Shown piece after piece: positions 41,974 to 51,019 of a stretch of DNA of 64,000 bases. The translations under genes were made by a program, and so were the position numbers. Under the pieces are notes generated by a model. That model saw nothing but the letters and a program-made list of their open reading frames with translations. It was not told where the DNA came from and made no database searches. Within the stretch, counting starts at the first letter, position 1. Each line of letters opens with the position of its first letter. The stretch lies in the sequence record MZ681930.1; one strand, written 5' to 3'. Source of the DNA: Enterobacteria phage phiC600P9.

Positions 41974-42924
41974 GTTATTTTCCTCTTTAATCATCATCAG
42001 CAGTATTGCCGATAGTTGTATAGTACCACAGTATGCTTTGAGGTCCGTGTCATCAGCACTAGATGAACTGCCAGAGCTTGAGCTCATAAAATCATCTTCA
42101 GTTTTTGTTTTGAAGTCATCAACATTGAATGCATCCAAATCATCAGCAACTTTATCGGCTTTCTTAGCAGCAGTTGCTGCGGCACCACCCATAGCAGCAG
42201 TTCCCATAACTTGACTGAACTTAGTGCTCAGTTCTTCAAACGATTTGAATTTATCTTTAGAAGTCATTTCAGAAAGGTCAACCATCTGTTCAAACAGTTC
42301 TTTCTGGAAAGATTCATCATCAATGTTTGGAATCGCAGATTGATTCAGGAATTTAGATTCGTCGTAGTTACTAAAACCAGAAACTTGTTTAACTTTCAGT
42401 ACAAAGTTAGCACCTTCCCACGGACAAGTTACATCAACCGGAGTTTCACCCATTTCAACATCAACTGCAATCATTGCATTGATTTTATCCCAGATTTTCT
42501 TACCAAAACGGTATTTAAATACTTTACCTTCATTTTCTGGAGCAGCTGGGTCTTTTACTACAAGAATGTTAGCCCAATAAGAAGTTTTGCGTTTAACAAG
42601 ACTGTACTCTTTATTGTCAGTGTTGTACAAATCATTTTTACTGATATACTGACATACTGGACAAGAATCGTAATCACCGTGGGTAGATGAACAGTTTTCA
42701 ATATACCATTTACCATTTTTCTTGAAACCGTGATTTACAAGAATTGCGAATGGTGCTTGTTCATCATTTTTAGACGGAAGAAAACGAATTACTGCTTGAC
42801 CGTTACCCGCATTGTCGAGTTTCAGTTTCCACTCGCCTTTATCTTCAGAAGAAAAACCACCTTTATTTCCAGCCAGTTTAGCCATTTGTGCAGCGAGTTC
42901 AGCAGTAGATTTACGTTTAAACAT
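41746..42924 (-). CDS. 32: ssDNA-binding protein gp32; ORF reads through into the frd.3-like ORF
   Basis: First ~295 aa recognisable as gp32 ([17 protein letters not shown]...[10 protein letters not shown]); frame then continues [31 protein letters not shown] to the stop at 41746 (392 aa). Confidence 0.8.
   Translation of the reverse strand: MFKRKSTAELAAQMAKLAGNKGGFSSEDKGEWKLKLDNAGNGQAVIRFLPSKNDEQAPFAILVNHGFKKNGKWYIENCSSTHGDYDSCPVCQYISKNDLYNTDNKEYSLVKRKTSYWANILVVKDPAAPENEGKVFKYRFGKKIWDKINAMIAVDVEMGETPVDVTCPWEGANFVLKVKQVSGFSNYDESKFLNQSAIPNIDDESFQKELFEQMVDLSEMTSKDKFKSFEELSTKFSQVMGTAAMGGAAATAAKKADKVADDLDAFNVDDFKTKTEDDFMSSSSGSSSSADDTDLKAYCGTIQLSAILLMMIKEENNMAKIDIDVVDFEYIEEIIRNRYPELRITSALNDPNCNVSVVIEGPLNRLKQFMVNEYCDGMDAEDVEFYTGFIEQ
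41985..42040 (-). promoter_or_regulatory. Promoter-like 36-nt cassette (extended -10 TGGTACTATAC) embedded in the gene 32 3' end
   Basis: AAAGCATACTGTGGTACTATACAACTATCGGCAAT is near-identical to the motA promoter core at 58172-58192; followed by GATGATGATTAA in another frame and the frd.3 SD. Confidence 0.55.
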
Positions 42925-42995
42925 TTTTATTTCCTTTTTAATTTAATTAACAGTTGGTGCTATGACGATGTATGACCTCATAGCTGGTCAGTGAG
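42925..42995 (-). promoter_or_regulatory. Gene 32 translational operator (pseudoknot plus UUAAA-rich leader)
   Basis: Minus strand GCTATGAGGTCatacatcgTCATAGC then AATTAAATTAAAAAGGAAATAAAA-ATG, the gp32 autoregulatory leader as recalled from T4. Confidence 0.75.
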
Positions 42996-43007
42996 ATAAT
43001 TATAATC

Positions 43008-43015
43008 TATTTATA
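43008..43015 (-). promoter_or_regulatory. Late promoter TATAAATA upstream of gene 32
   Basis: Minus-strand TATAAATA just after the gene 59 stop. Confidence 0.65.
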
Positions 43016-43023
43016 ATAAGCAA

Positions 43024-43677
43024 TTAATACTTGCAAGATTTCACAGTTTCAATGAAAACACTTTTAGCTTTCTGTGAATCAATATTTAAAATTTTTCTAT
43101 AAGCCTTTAACTTTATAGAATAATTATTCCAGACTAAATTATCAGTCTGTTCATCATGTTTATCAATTATATTTAAAAACGAATCAAGCAAGATAAACGT
43201 CTCAAACGAAATTATATTCGATTGAAGTAGTTTAAAAATATAACTTGATTGAACTTTTGGATTATACTCAAAGATTTCTTTAAAAGCAGAAACTTCAACT
43301 TTTTTACTAAAATAATAAATGTTGCGAATATCTTCTTCAAACTTAAATTTAATTTGCTTTAAGCGTCCGATATATTCACGATAAAACACAAGTGCATCAG
43401 CGTCAGAGATGTCACCAATCCAAGCATCCTGGTTAGCAACAAGATTGCTTATAAAGATTAAAGCAAGTTCCTTTAATTTATATTTTTCTGATAACTTCTG
43501 GAAAAAATACTTATCCCTTCGCTTTTGATAAGCGGCATCAGACACCCGCATGCACCAATTATACTTAATTACATCATACTTTCCATTCATATGTTGTTTT
43601 ATCATTAAGTATAATTTATAAACTGATTTACCATCAATATATCTTTCACCACCAGCAGGCATGCGGAGTTTAATCAT
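43024..43677 (-). CDS. 59: Helicase loader gp59
   Basis: 217 aa ORF, T4 gp59 length and position. Confidence 0.92.
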   Translation of the reverse strand: MIKLRMPAGGERYIDGKSVYKLYLMIKQHMNGKYDVIKYNWCMRVSDAAYQKRRDKYFFQKLSEKYKLKELALIFISNLVANQDAWIGDISDADALVFYREYIGRLKQIKFKFEEDIRNIYYFSKKVEVSAFKEIFEYNPKVQSSYIFKLLQSNIISFETFILLDSFLNIIDKHDEQTDNLVWNNYSIKLKAYRKILNIDSQKAKSVFIETVKSCKY

Positions 43678-44012
43678 AGTAGAAAATCTAATGTATTAGT
43701 TTTTTCACAACGAACAACAGAAGGACGTAAAAGATTTTCGTCAATAGCTTCTGACTGAATTTTTTCAATTATACCCGAAGGAATAAATTTAGCAAATTGA
43801 GTTTCAGGAATAGAATTTTCTTCCAAGAATGCTGTTGTAGCTTCAAGATAACTCATTCCAAACTCTTCTACCATTTTTTCAATAATAAATCCATTTTCTT
43901 GACGATCAAGCAGTTTTGCTATTTCATCCTTTTCTTTCTTAATTGAAAGTTCTTTTTCTGAAAGACCGGTCTCATCGACCGGACGAATATCATTTAGAGA
44001 AAACTGTGTCAT
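43674..44012 (-). CDS. 33: Late transcription co-activator gp33
   Basis: ORF track 43674..44021; start MTQFSLNDIRPV at 44012 gives 112 aa, the T4 gp33 size. Confidence 0.88.
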   Translation of the reverse strand: MTQFSLNDIRPVDETGLSEKELSIKKEKDEIAKLLDRQENGFIIEKMVEEFGMSYLEATTAFLEENSIPETQFAKFIPSGIIEKIQSEAIDENLLRPSVVRCEKTNTLDFLL

Positions 44013-44259
44013 AAAGTTCAACTACCTCTTCGGTTTCAGCTTCAAACACATCACGGTTATCTTTATGATACAAAGCTAAAAGACGATTAAACATCTTACC
44101 ATCAACACCAAGTTCATCTTTGGCGCGAATTCGAATATCTTTAATCAATTCATTATAACCAGAAATTTTCAGTTTATGATCAGATGCTTCTTTGATAAAT
44201 TTAGCCAAGTCTTCGCCATGGATAGCTTCATCAAATTCAACCATTTCTTTTTTAGCCAT
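43990..44259 (-). CDS. dsbA: dsDNA-binding protein DsbA
   Basis: 89 aa ORF, synteny with 33 and rnh. Confidence 0.85.
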   Translation of the reverse strand: MAKKEMVEFDEAIHGEDLAKFIKEASDHKLKISGYNELIKDIRIRAKDELGVDGKMFNRLLALYHKDNRDVFEAETEEVVELYDTVFSK

Positions 44260-44267
44260 TATTCACC

Positions 44268-45200
44268 TCAAAATTCATTAATGCTATTAGTTAATTTAGA
44301 AAGACCCGCTTTTACAAAATATGAATAAATTTTGCCACGCGGTGGTAATTTATATGAATTATAGTAATTCACAATGTTTGAAGCAATATTATCAGGAATA
44401 TAATCAAAATCAATTAGAACTAAATTTTCTTTATAACGATTATATTCAGATTCTGTGAGAAGCACCTTAGCTTGCTCACGATCATTAGCAATAGCTTCAA
44501 CGATTGAAGTTTTCATTGAAGGAGTTCGTTCACCTTCAACTTTGGTAAACCAAAAGTCAGATCGTACTTTAACTGAAGCAACGTTATCCTTTTTGTCGCC
44601 TTTAAGGATTTTAGTCATACAGTCAATTTCAGCAGAACCGCTTTTAATTTTAACCCATTTCTTGTGCATCGGTGACCATTGCTTAACATTTGGATATTTG
44701 TGAAGCTGTGTAAAGTCACCATCCGATGAAATGATTAAAATCTTGTGTCCTTCTAAAGAGAACTTTTTAACAAGAACAGCAATGTGGTCATCTGCTTCAT
44801 ACTTATCAATATCCATAACAATGTATGGCATATAAGCTTTCAATTCATCTATAACTTTATGGCTGGATTCAAAATAACCTTCCCAGTCCCAAGTAGATTC
44901 TTCTCGTGCTTTTCCGCGGTTTTTCTTATAGTAATAAGCGAAATCACGACGCCAGTATCCAGATTTCGCGTTATCAATACACAATACAATTTTAGTGTAT
45001 CCAAGAGTTTTTGCTTTTTTGACATTAAACTTAATTGAGTTCAATATCAAATGACGAACCATTGATAAATTAATTTTTTCTTTATCTGGGAAGTTTACCA
45101 GAGCAGTTGAAAGCGCAATTTGACTAAAGTCAATTAAGCAGATTCCTTCTTTGTAATCTTCATCCAACATCATTTCTAAATCCATATGAACCTCGTTCAA
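44268..45200 (-). CDS. rnh: RNase H / 5'-3' flap exonuclease
   Basis: 310 aa ORF; FEN-1-like acidic active-site clusters. Confidence 0.9.
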   Translation of the reverse strand: MNEVHMDLEMMLDEDYKEGICLIDFSQIALSTALVNFPDKEKINLSMVRHLILNSIKFNVKKAKTLGYTKIVLCIDNAKSGYWRRDFAYYYKKNRGKAREESTWDWEGYFESSHKVIDELKAYMPYIVMDIDKYEADDHIAVLVKKFSLEGHKILIISSDGDFTQLHKYPNVKQWSPMHKKWVKIKSGSAEIDCMTKILKGDKKDNVASVKVRSDFWFTKVEGERTPSMKTSIVEAIANDREQAKVLLTESEYNRYKENLVLIDFDYIPDNIASNIVNYYNSYKLPPRGKIYSYFVKAGLSKLTNSINEF

Positions 45201-45245
45201 TTAGTGAGATTTCTATTATATACCATCCAAATCTTAAAGTAAACA
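45201..45245 (-). promoter_or_regulatory. Early promoter for rnh with AGATTT/AAATCT inverted repeat around the -10
   Basis: Minus strand GTTTACTTTA-AGATTT-ggatggtaTATAATag-AAATCT-cactaattgaacgaggttcatATG. Confidence 0.7.
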
Positions 45246-45247
45246 AG

Positions 45248-45255
45248 TATAAATA
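45248..45255 (+). promoter_or_regulatory. Late promoter TATAAATA for gene 34
   Basis: Exact TATAAATA about 35 nt upstream of the gene 34 ATG. Confidence 0.75.
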
Positions 45256-45289
45256 CTTATTATTGAAAACACAATAGGAGCCCGGGAGA

Positions 45290-48200
45290 ATGGCCGAGAT
45301 TAAAAGAAAGTTCAGAGCAGAAGACGGTCTGGACGCAGGTGGCGATAAAATAATCAACGTAGCTTTAGCTGATCGTACCGTAGGAACTGACGGTGTTAAC
45401 GTTGATTACTTAATTCAAGAAAATACAGTTCAACAATATGATCCAACTCGTGGATATTTAAAAGATTTTGTAATCATTTATGATAACCGCTTTTGGGCTG
45501 CTATAAATGATATTCCAAAACCAGCAGGAGCTTTTAATAGCGGACGCTGGAGAGCATTACGTACCGATGCAAACTGGATTACGGTTTCATCTGGTTCATA
45601 TCAATTAAAATCTGGTGAAGCAATTTCGGTTAACACTGCAGCTGGAAATGACATTACGTTTACTTTACCGTCTTCTCCAATTGATGGTGATACTATCATT
45701 CTCCAAGATATTGGAGGAAAACCTGGAGTTAACCAAGTTTTAATTGTAGCTCCAGTGCAAAGTATTGTAAACTTTAGAGGTGAACAAGTACGTTCAGTAC
45801 TAATGACTCATCCAAAGTCACAGCTAGTTTTAATTTTTAGTAATCGTCTGTGGCAAATGTATGTTGCTGATTATAGTAGAGAAGCTATAGTTGTAACACC
45901 AGCGAATACTTATCAAGCGCAATCCAACGATTTTATCGTACGTAGATTTACTTCTGCTGCACCAATTAATGTTAAACTTCCAAGATTTGCTAATCATGGC
46001 GATATTATTAATTTCGTCGATTTAGATAAACTAAATCCGCTTTATCATACAATTGTTACTACATACGATGAAACGACTTCAATACAAGAAGTTGGAACTC
46101 ATTCCATTGAAGGCCGTACAACGATTGACGGTTTCTTGATGTTTGATGATAATGAGAAATTGTGGAGATTGTTTGACGGGGATAATAAAGCGCGTTTACG
46201 CATTATAACGACTAATTCTAATATTCGTCCAAATGAAGAAGTTATGGTATTTGGTGCGAATAACGGAACAGCTCAGACAATTGAACTTCAGCTTCCGACT
46301 GATATTTCTGTTGGTGATACTGTTAAAATTTCCATGAATTACATAAGAAAAGGACAAACAGTTAAAATCAAAGCTGCCGGTGAAGATAAAATTGCTTCTT
46401 CAGTTCAATTGCTGCAATTCCCAAAACGTTCAGAGTATCCGCCTGAAACTAAATGGGTGACTGTTCAAGAATTAGTTTTTAACGGTGAAACTAATTATGT
46501 TCCAGTTTTACAACTTGCTTATATAGAAGATTCTGATGGAAAATACTGGGTAGTACAGCAAAACGTTCCAACTGTAGAAAGAGTAGACTCTTTAAATGAT
46601 TCTACTAGAGCAAGATTAGGCGTAATTGCTTTAGCTACACAAGCTCAAGCTAATGTCGATTTAGAAAATTCTCCACAAAAAGAATTAGCAATTACTCCAG
46701 AAACATTAGCTAACCGTACTGCTACTGAAACTCGCAGAGGTATTGCAAGAATAGCAACTACTGCTCAAGTGAATCAGAACACCACATTCTCTTTTGCTGA
46801 TGATCTTATCATTACTCCTAAAAAGCTGAATGAAAGAACTGCTACAGAAACTCGTAGAGGTGTTGCTGAAATTGCTACGCAGCAGGAAACTAATGCAGGT
46901 ACTGATGATACTACAATCATCACTCCTAAAAAGCTTCAAGCTCGTCAAGGTTCTGAATCATTATCTGGTATTGTAACCTTTGTATCTACTGCAGGAGCTA
47001 CTCCAGCTTCTAGTCGTGAATTAAATGGTACAAACGTTTATAATAAAAACACTAATAATTTAGTTGTTTCGCCTAAAGCTTTGGATCAGTATAAAGCTAC
47101 TCCAACGCAACAAGGTGCAGTAATTTTAGCAGTTGAAAGTGAAGTAATTGCTGGACAAAGCCAAGAAGGATGGGCAAATGCGGTTGTAACGCCAGAAACG
47201 TTACATAAAAAGACATCAACTGATGCAAGAATTGGTTTAATTGAAATTGCTACGCAAAGTGAAGTTAATACAGGAACTGATTATACTCGTGCAGTCACTC
47301 CTAAAACTTTAAATGACCGTAGAGCAACTGAAAGTTTAAGTGGTATAGCTGAAATTGCTACACAAGTTGAATTCGACGCAGGCGTCGACGATACTCGTAT
47401 CTCTACACCATTAAAAATTAAAACTAGATTTAATAGTACTGATCGTACTTCTGTTGTTGCTCTATCTGGATTAGTTGAATCAGGAACTCTCTGGGACCAT
47501 TATACACTTAATATTCTTGAAGCAAATGAGACACAGCGTGGTACACTTCGTGTAGCTACACAGGTTGAAGCTGCTGCAGGAAAATTAGATAATGTTTTAA
47601 TAACTCCTAAAAAGCTTTTAGGTACTAAATCTACTGAAGCACAAGAAGGTGTTATTAAAGTTGCAACTCAGTCTGAAACTGTAACTGGAACGTCAGCAAA
47701 TACTGCTGTATCTCCAAAAAATTTAAAATGGATTGCGCAGAGTGAACCTACTTGGGCAGCTACTACTGCGATAAGAGGTTTTGTTAAAACTTCATCTGGT
47801 TCAATTACATTCGTTGGTAATGATACGGTAGGTTCAACACAGCCATTAGAATCATATGAGAAAAATAGCTATGCGGTATCACCATATGAATTAAACCGTG
47901 TATTAGCAAATTATTTGCCGTTAAAAGCAAAAGCTGCTGATACAAATTTATTGGATGGTCTAGATTCATCTCAGTTCATTCGTAGGGATATTGCACAGAC
48001 GGTTAATGGTTCACTAACCTTAACCCAACAAATGAATCTGAGTGCCCCTCTTGTATCATCTAGTACTGCTACGTTTGGTGGATCAGTTTCGGCAAATAGT
48101 ACATTAACTATTTCTAATACTGGAACGGCAACTCGTCTGATTTTTGAGAAAGGACCTCAGACTGGAACTAACCCAGCGCAGACGATGGCTATCAAAGTTT

Positions 48201-49159
48201 GGGGAAATCAGTTTGGTGGCGGATCAGATACAGCACGTTCTACTGTATTTGAAGTTGGTGATGAAACATCTTATCACTTTTATTCTCAACGTAATAAAGA
48301 CGGGAATATAGCGTTTAGCATTAATGGTACTGTAATGCCAATAAATATTAATGCTTCCGGTTTGATGAATGTGAATGGCGTTGCAACATTCGGTCGTTCA
48401 GTTACTGCTAATGGCGAATTCACCAGTAAATCAGCAAATGCCTTTAGAGCAATAAATGGTAATTATGGATTCTTTATCAGGAATGATGGCGTTAGCACAT
48501 ATTTTATGCTCACTGCATCTGGTGATCAGACTGGCGGATTTAATGGATTACGTCCTTTAGCTATTAACAATGCATCTGGTCAAGTAACGATTGGTGAAGG
48601 CTTAATCGTTGCCAAAGGTGTTACTATAAACTCAGGTGGCTTAACTGTTAACTCGAGAATTCGTTCTCAGGGTAATAAAACATCTGATTTATATACCCGT
48701 GCGCCAACATCTGATACAGTAGGATTCTGGTCAATCGATATTAATGATTCAGCTACTTATAACCAATTCCCGGGTTATTTTAAAATGGTTGAAAAAACTA
48801 ATGAAGTGACTGGGCTTCCATACTTAGAACGTGGCGAAGAAGTTAAATCTCCTGGTACACTGACTCAGTTTGGTAACACACTTGATTCGCTTTACCAAGA
48901 TTGGATTACTTATCCAACAACTCCAGAAGCACGTACAACCCGTTGGACACGTACATGGCAGAAAACCAAAAACTCTTGGTCGAGTTTTGTTCAGGTATTT
49001 GATGGAGGTAACCCTCCTCAACCATCTGATATCGGTGCTTTACCATCTGATAATGCTACAATGGGGAATCTTACTATTCGTGATTTCTTACGAATTGGTA
49101 ATGTTCGCATTGTTCCTGACCCAGTGAATAAATCTGTTAAATTTGAATGGGTTGAATAA
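45290..49159 (+). CDS. 34: Long tail fibre proximal subunit gp34
   Basis: 1289 aa ORF (T4 gp34 length); repeated ~25-aa E(T/S)xRG(I/V)AxIATQ motifs. Confidence 0.95.
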   Translation: MAEIKRKFRAEDGLDAGGDKIINVALADRTVGTDGVNVDYLIQENTVQQYDPTRGYLKDFVIIYDNRFWAAINDIPKPAGAFNSGRWRALRTDANWITVSSGSYQLKSGEAISVNTAAGNDITFTLPSSPIDGDTIILQDIGGKPGVNQVLIVAPVQSIVNFRGEQVRSVLMTHPKSQLVLIFSNRLWQMYVADYSREAIVVTPANTYQAQSNDFIVRRFTSAAPINVKLPRFANHGDIINFVDLDKLNPLYHTIVTTYDETTSIQEVGTHSIEGRTTIDGFLMFDDNEKLWRLFDGDNKARLRIITTNSNIRPNEEVMVFGANNGTAQTIELQLPTDISVGDTVKISMNYIRKGQTVKIKAAGEDKIASSVQLLQFPKRSEYPPETKWVTVQELVFNGETNYVPVLQLAYIEDSDGKYWVVQQNVPTVERVDSLNDSTRARLGVIALATQAQANVDLENSPQKELAITPETLANRTATETRRGIARIATTAQVNQNTTFSFADDLIITPKKLNERTATETRRGVAEIATQQETNAGTDDTTIITPKKLQARQGSESLSGIVTFVSTAGATPASSRELNGTNVYNKNTNNLVVSPKALDQYKATPTQQGAVILAVESEVIAGQSQEGWANAVVTPETLHKKTSTDARIGLIEIATQSEVNTGTDYTRAVTPKTLNDRRATESLSGIAEIATQVEFDAGVDDTRISTPLKIKTRFNSTDRTSVVALSGLVESGTLWDHYTLNILEANETQRGTLRVATQVEAAAGKLDNVLITPKKLLGTKSTEAQEGVIKVATQSETVTGTSANTAVSPKNLKWIAQSEPTWAATTAIRGFVKTSSGSITFVGNDTVGSTQPLESYEKNSYAVSPYELNRVLANYLPLKAKAADTNLLDGLDSSQFIRRDIAQTVNGSLTLTQQMNLSAPLVSSSTATFGGSVSANSTLTISNTGTATRLIFEKGPQTGTNPAQTMAIKVWGNQFGGGSDTARSTVFEVGDETSYHFYSQRNKDGNIAFSINGTVMPININASGLMNVNGVATFGRSVTANGEFTSKSANAFRAINGNYGFFIRNDGVSTYFMLTASGDQTGGFNGLRPLAINNASGQVTIGEGLIVAKGVTINSGGLTVNSRIRSQGNKTSDLYTRAPTSDTVGFWSIDINDSATYNQFPGYFKMVEKTNEVTGLPYLERGEEVKSPGTLTQFGNTLDSLYQDWITYPTTPEARTTRWTRTWQKTKNSWSSFVQVFDGGNPPQPSDIGALPSDNATMGNLTIRDFLRIGNVRIVPDPVNKSVKFEWVE

Positions 49160-49167
49160 GAGGTATT

Positions 49168-50283
49168 ATGGAAAAATTTATGGCAGAGTTTGGACAAGGA
49201 TATGTCCAAACGCCATTTTTATCGGAAAGCAATTCAGTAAGATACAAAATAAGCATAGCGGGTTCTTGCCCGCTTTCTACAGCAGGACCATACGTTAAAT
49301 TTCAGGATAATCCTATCGGAAATCAAACATTTAGCGCAGGCCTTCATTTAAGAGTTTTTGACCCTTCTACAGGAGCATTAGTTGATAGTAAGTCATATGC
49401 TTTTTCTACTTCAAATGATACTACATCAGCGGCTTTTGTTAGCTTCATGAATTCTATTTCAAGCAATAGACTTGTTGCTATATTAACTAACGGAAAGGTT
49501 AATTTTCCTCCTGAAGTGGTGTCTTGGTTAAGAACCGCAGGAACGTCTGCTTTTCCATCTGATTCTATATTGTCAAGATTCGACGTATCATATGCTGCTT
49601 TTTACACTTCTTCTAAAAGAGCTATTGCATTAGAGCATGTTAAACTAAGTAATAGAAAAAGCACAGATGATTATCAAACTATTTTAGATGTTGTATTTGA
49701 CAGTTTAGAAGACGTTGGAGCTACCGGATTTCCAAGAAGAACGTATGAAAGCGTTGATCAATTTATGTCGGCAGTTGGCGGAACTAATAATGAAATTGCG
49801 CGATTGCCAACTTCAGCTGCCATAAGTAAATTATCTGACTATAATTTAATTCCTGGCGATGTTCTTTATCTTAAAGCTCAGTTATATGCTGATGCCGATT
49901 TACTTGCGCTTGGAACTACAAATATATCTATCCGTTTTTATAATGCATCAAATGGATATATTTCTTCAACACAAGCTGAGTTCACCGGACAAGCTGGGTC
50001 TTGGGAATTAAAGGAAGATTATGTAGTTGTTCCAGAAAACGCTGTGGGATTTACGATATACGCGCAAAGAACTGCACAAGCCGGTCAAGGTGGCATGAGA
50101 AATTTAAGCTTTTCTGAAGTGTCAAGAAATGGAGGTATTTCGAAACCCGCTGAATTTGGCGTCAATGGCATTCGTGTTAATTATATCTGTGAATCTGCTT
50201 CACCTCCGGATATAATGGTACTTCCTACACAAGCATCGTCTAAAACTGGTAAAGTGTTTGGGCAAGAATTTAGAGAAGTATAA
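49168..50283 (+). CDS. 35: Long tail fibre hinge connector gp35
   Basis: 371 aa ORF, synteny. Confidence 0.9.
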   Translation: MEKFMAEFGQGYVQTPFLSESNSVRYKISIAGSCPLSTAGPYVKFQDNPIGNQTFSAGLHLRVFDPSTGALVDSKSYAFSTSNDTTSAAFVSFMNSISSNRLVAILTNGKVNFPPEVVSWLRTAGTSAFPSDSILSRFDVSYAAFYTSSKRAIALEHVKLSNRKSTDDYQTILDVVFDSLEDVGATGFPRRTYESVDQFMSAVGGTNNEIARLPTSAAISKLSDYNLIPGDVLYLKAQLYADADLLALGTTNISIRFYNASNGYISSTQAEFTGQAGSWELKEDYVVVPENAVGFTIYAQRTAQAGQGGMRNLSFSEVSRNGGISKPAEFGVNGIRVNYICESASPPDIMVLPTQASSKTGKVFGQEFREV

Positions 50284-50288
50284 ATTGA

Positions 50289-50314
50289 GGGAGCCTTCGG
50301 GTTCCCTTTTTCTT
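50289..50314 (+). terminator. Hairpin terminator after gene 35
   Basis: GGGAGCC-ttcg-GGTTCCC followed by tttttcttt. Confidence 0.65.
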
Positions 50315-50322
50315 TATAAATA
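50315..50322 (+). promoter_or_regulatory. Late promoter TATAAATA for gene 36
   Basis: Exact TATAAATA about 24 nt upstream of the gene 36 ATG. Confidence 0.75.
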
Positions 50323-50345
50323 CTATTAAAATAAAGGGGCATACA

Positions 50346-51011
50346 ATGGCTGATTTAAAAGTAGGTTCAACAACCGGAGGCTCTGTCATTTGGCATCAAG
50401 GAAATTTTCCATTGAATCCAGCCGGTGACGATGTACTCTATAAATCATTTAAAATATATTCAGAATATAATAAACCACAAGCTGCTGATAACGATTTCGT
50501 TTCTAAAGCTAATGGTGGTACTTATGCATCAAAGGTAACATTTAACGGTGGCGTACAAGTTCCGTATGCTATAAACAACACAAACCAATGTGGTATTTAT
50601 CCAGGTAACGGTGATAATGCTACTTTTGCTGTAGCAAATATTGATATTGTTTCGTGGAATGGTATTGGTTTTAAATCATCACAAGGTTCAGCGGAACGAA
50701 ATGTTGTAATTAATGCACGTAATGGTGATATTAGTACAAAAGGCGTTGTGACAGCAGTAGGTCAAATAAGAAGTAATGCAGTTTCTCCTGTATCAGCAAA
50801 TGACCTTACTAGAAAGGACTATGTTGATGGAGCAATAAATACTGTTACAGCAAATGCGAACTCTAGAGTGTTGCGTTCTGGCGACACTATGACAGGTAAT
50901 TTAACCGCGCCAAACTTTTTCTCGCAGAATCCCGCATCTCAACCTTCACATGTTCCACGATTTGACCAAATCGTAATTAAGGATTCTGTTCAAGATTTCG
51001 GCTATTATTAA
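50346..51011 (+). CDS. 36: Long tail fibre distal connector gp36
   Basis: 221 aa ORF, T4 gp36 length. Confidence 0.92.
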   Translation: MADLKVGSTTGGSVIWHQGNFPLNPAGDDVLYKSFKIYSEYNKPQAADNDFVSKANGGTYASKVTFNGGVQVPYAINNTNQCGIYPGNGDNATFAVANIDIVSWNGIGFKSSQGSAERNVVINARNGDISTKGVVTAVGQIRSNAVSPVSANDLTRKDYVDGAINTVTANANSRVLRSGDTMTGNLTAPNFFSQNPASQPSHVPRFDQIVIKDSVQDFGYY

Positions 51012-51019
51012 GAGGACTT

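Noticed and set aside
42211-42975. Plus-strand ORFs (159 aa, 81 aa, 80 aa) overlapping gene 32
   Set aside because: Shadow frames antisense to gene 32 and its operator; low-complexity translations.
42925-43020. Possible member of the TGGTACTAT promoter family upstream of gene 32
   Set aside because: On closer reading this is the gene 32 pseudoknot and UUAAA-rich translational operator plus a late promoter, not the early-promoter motif.
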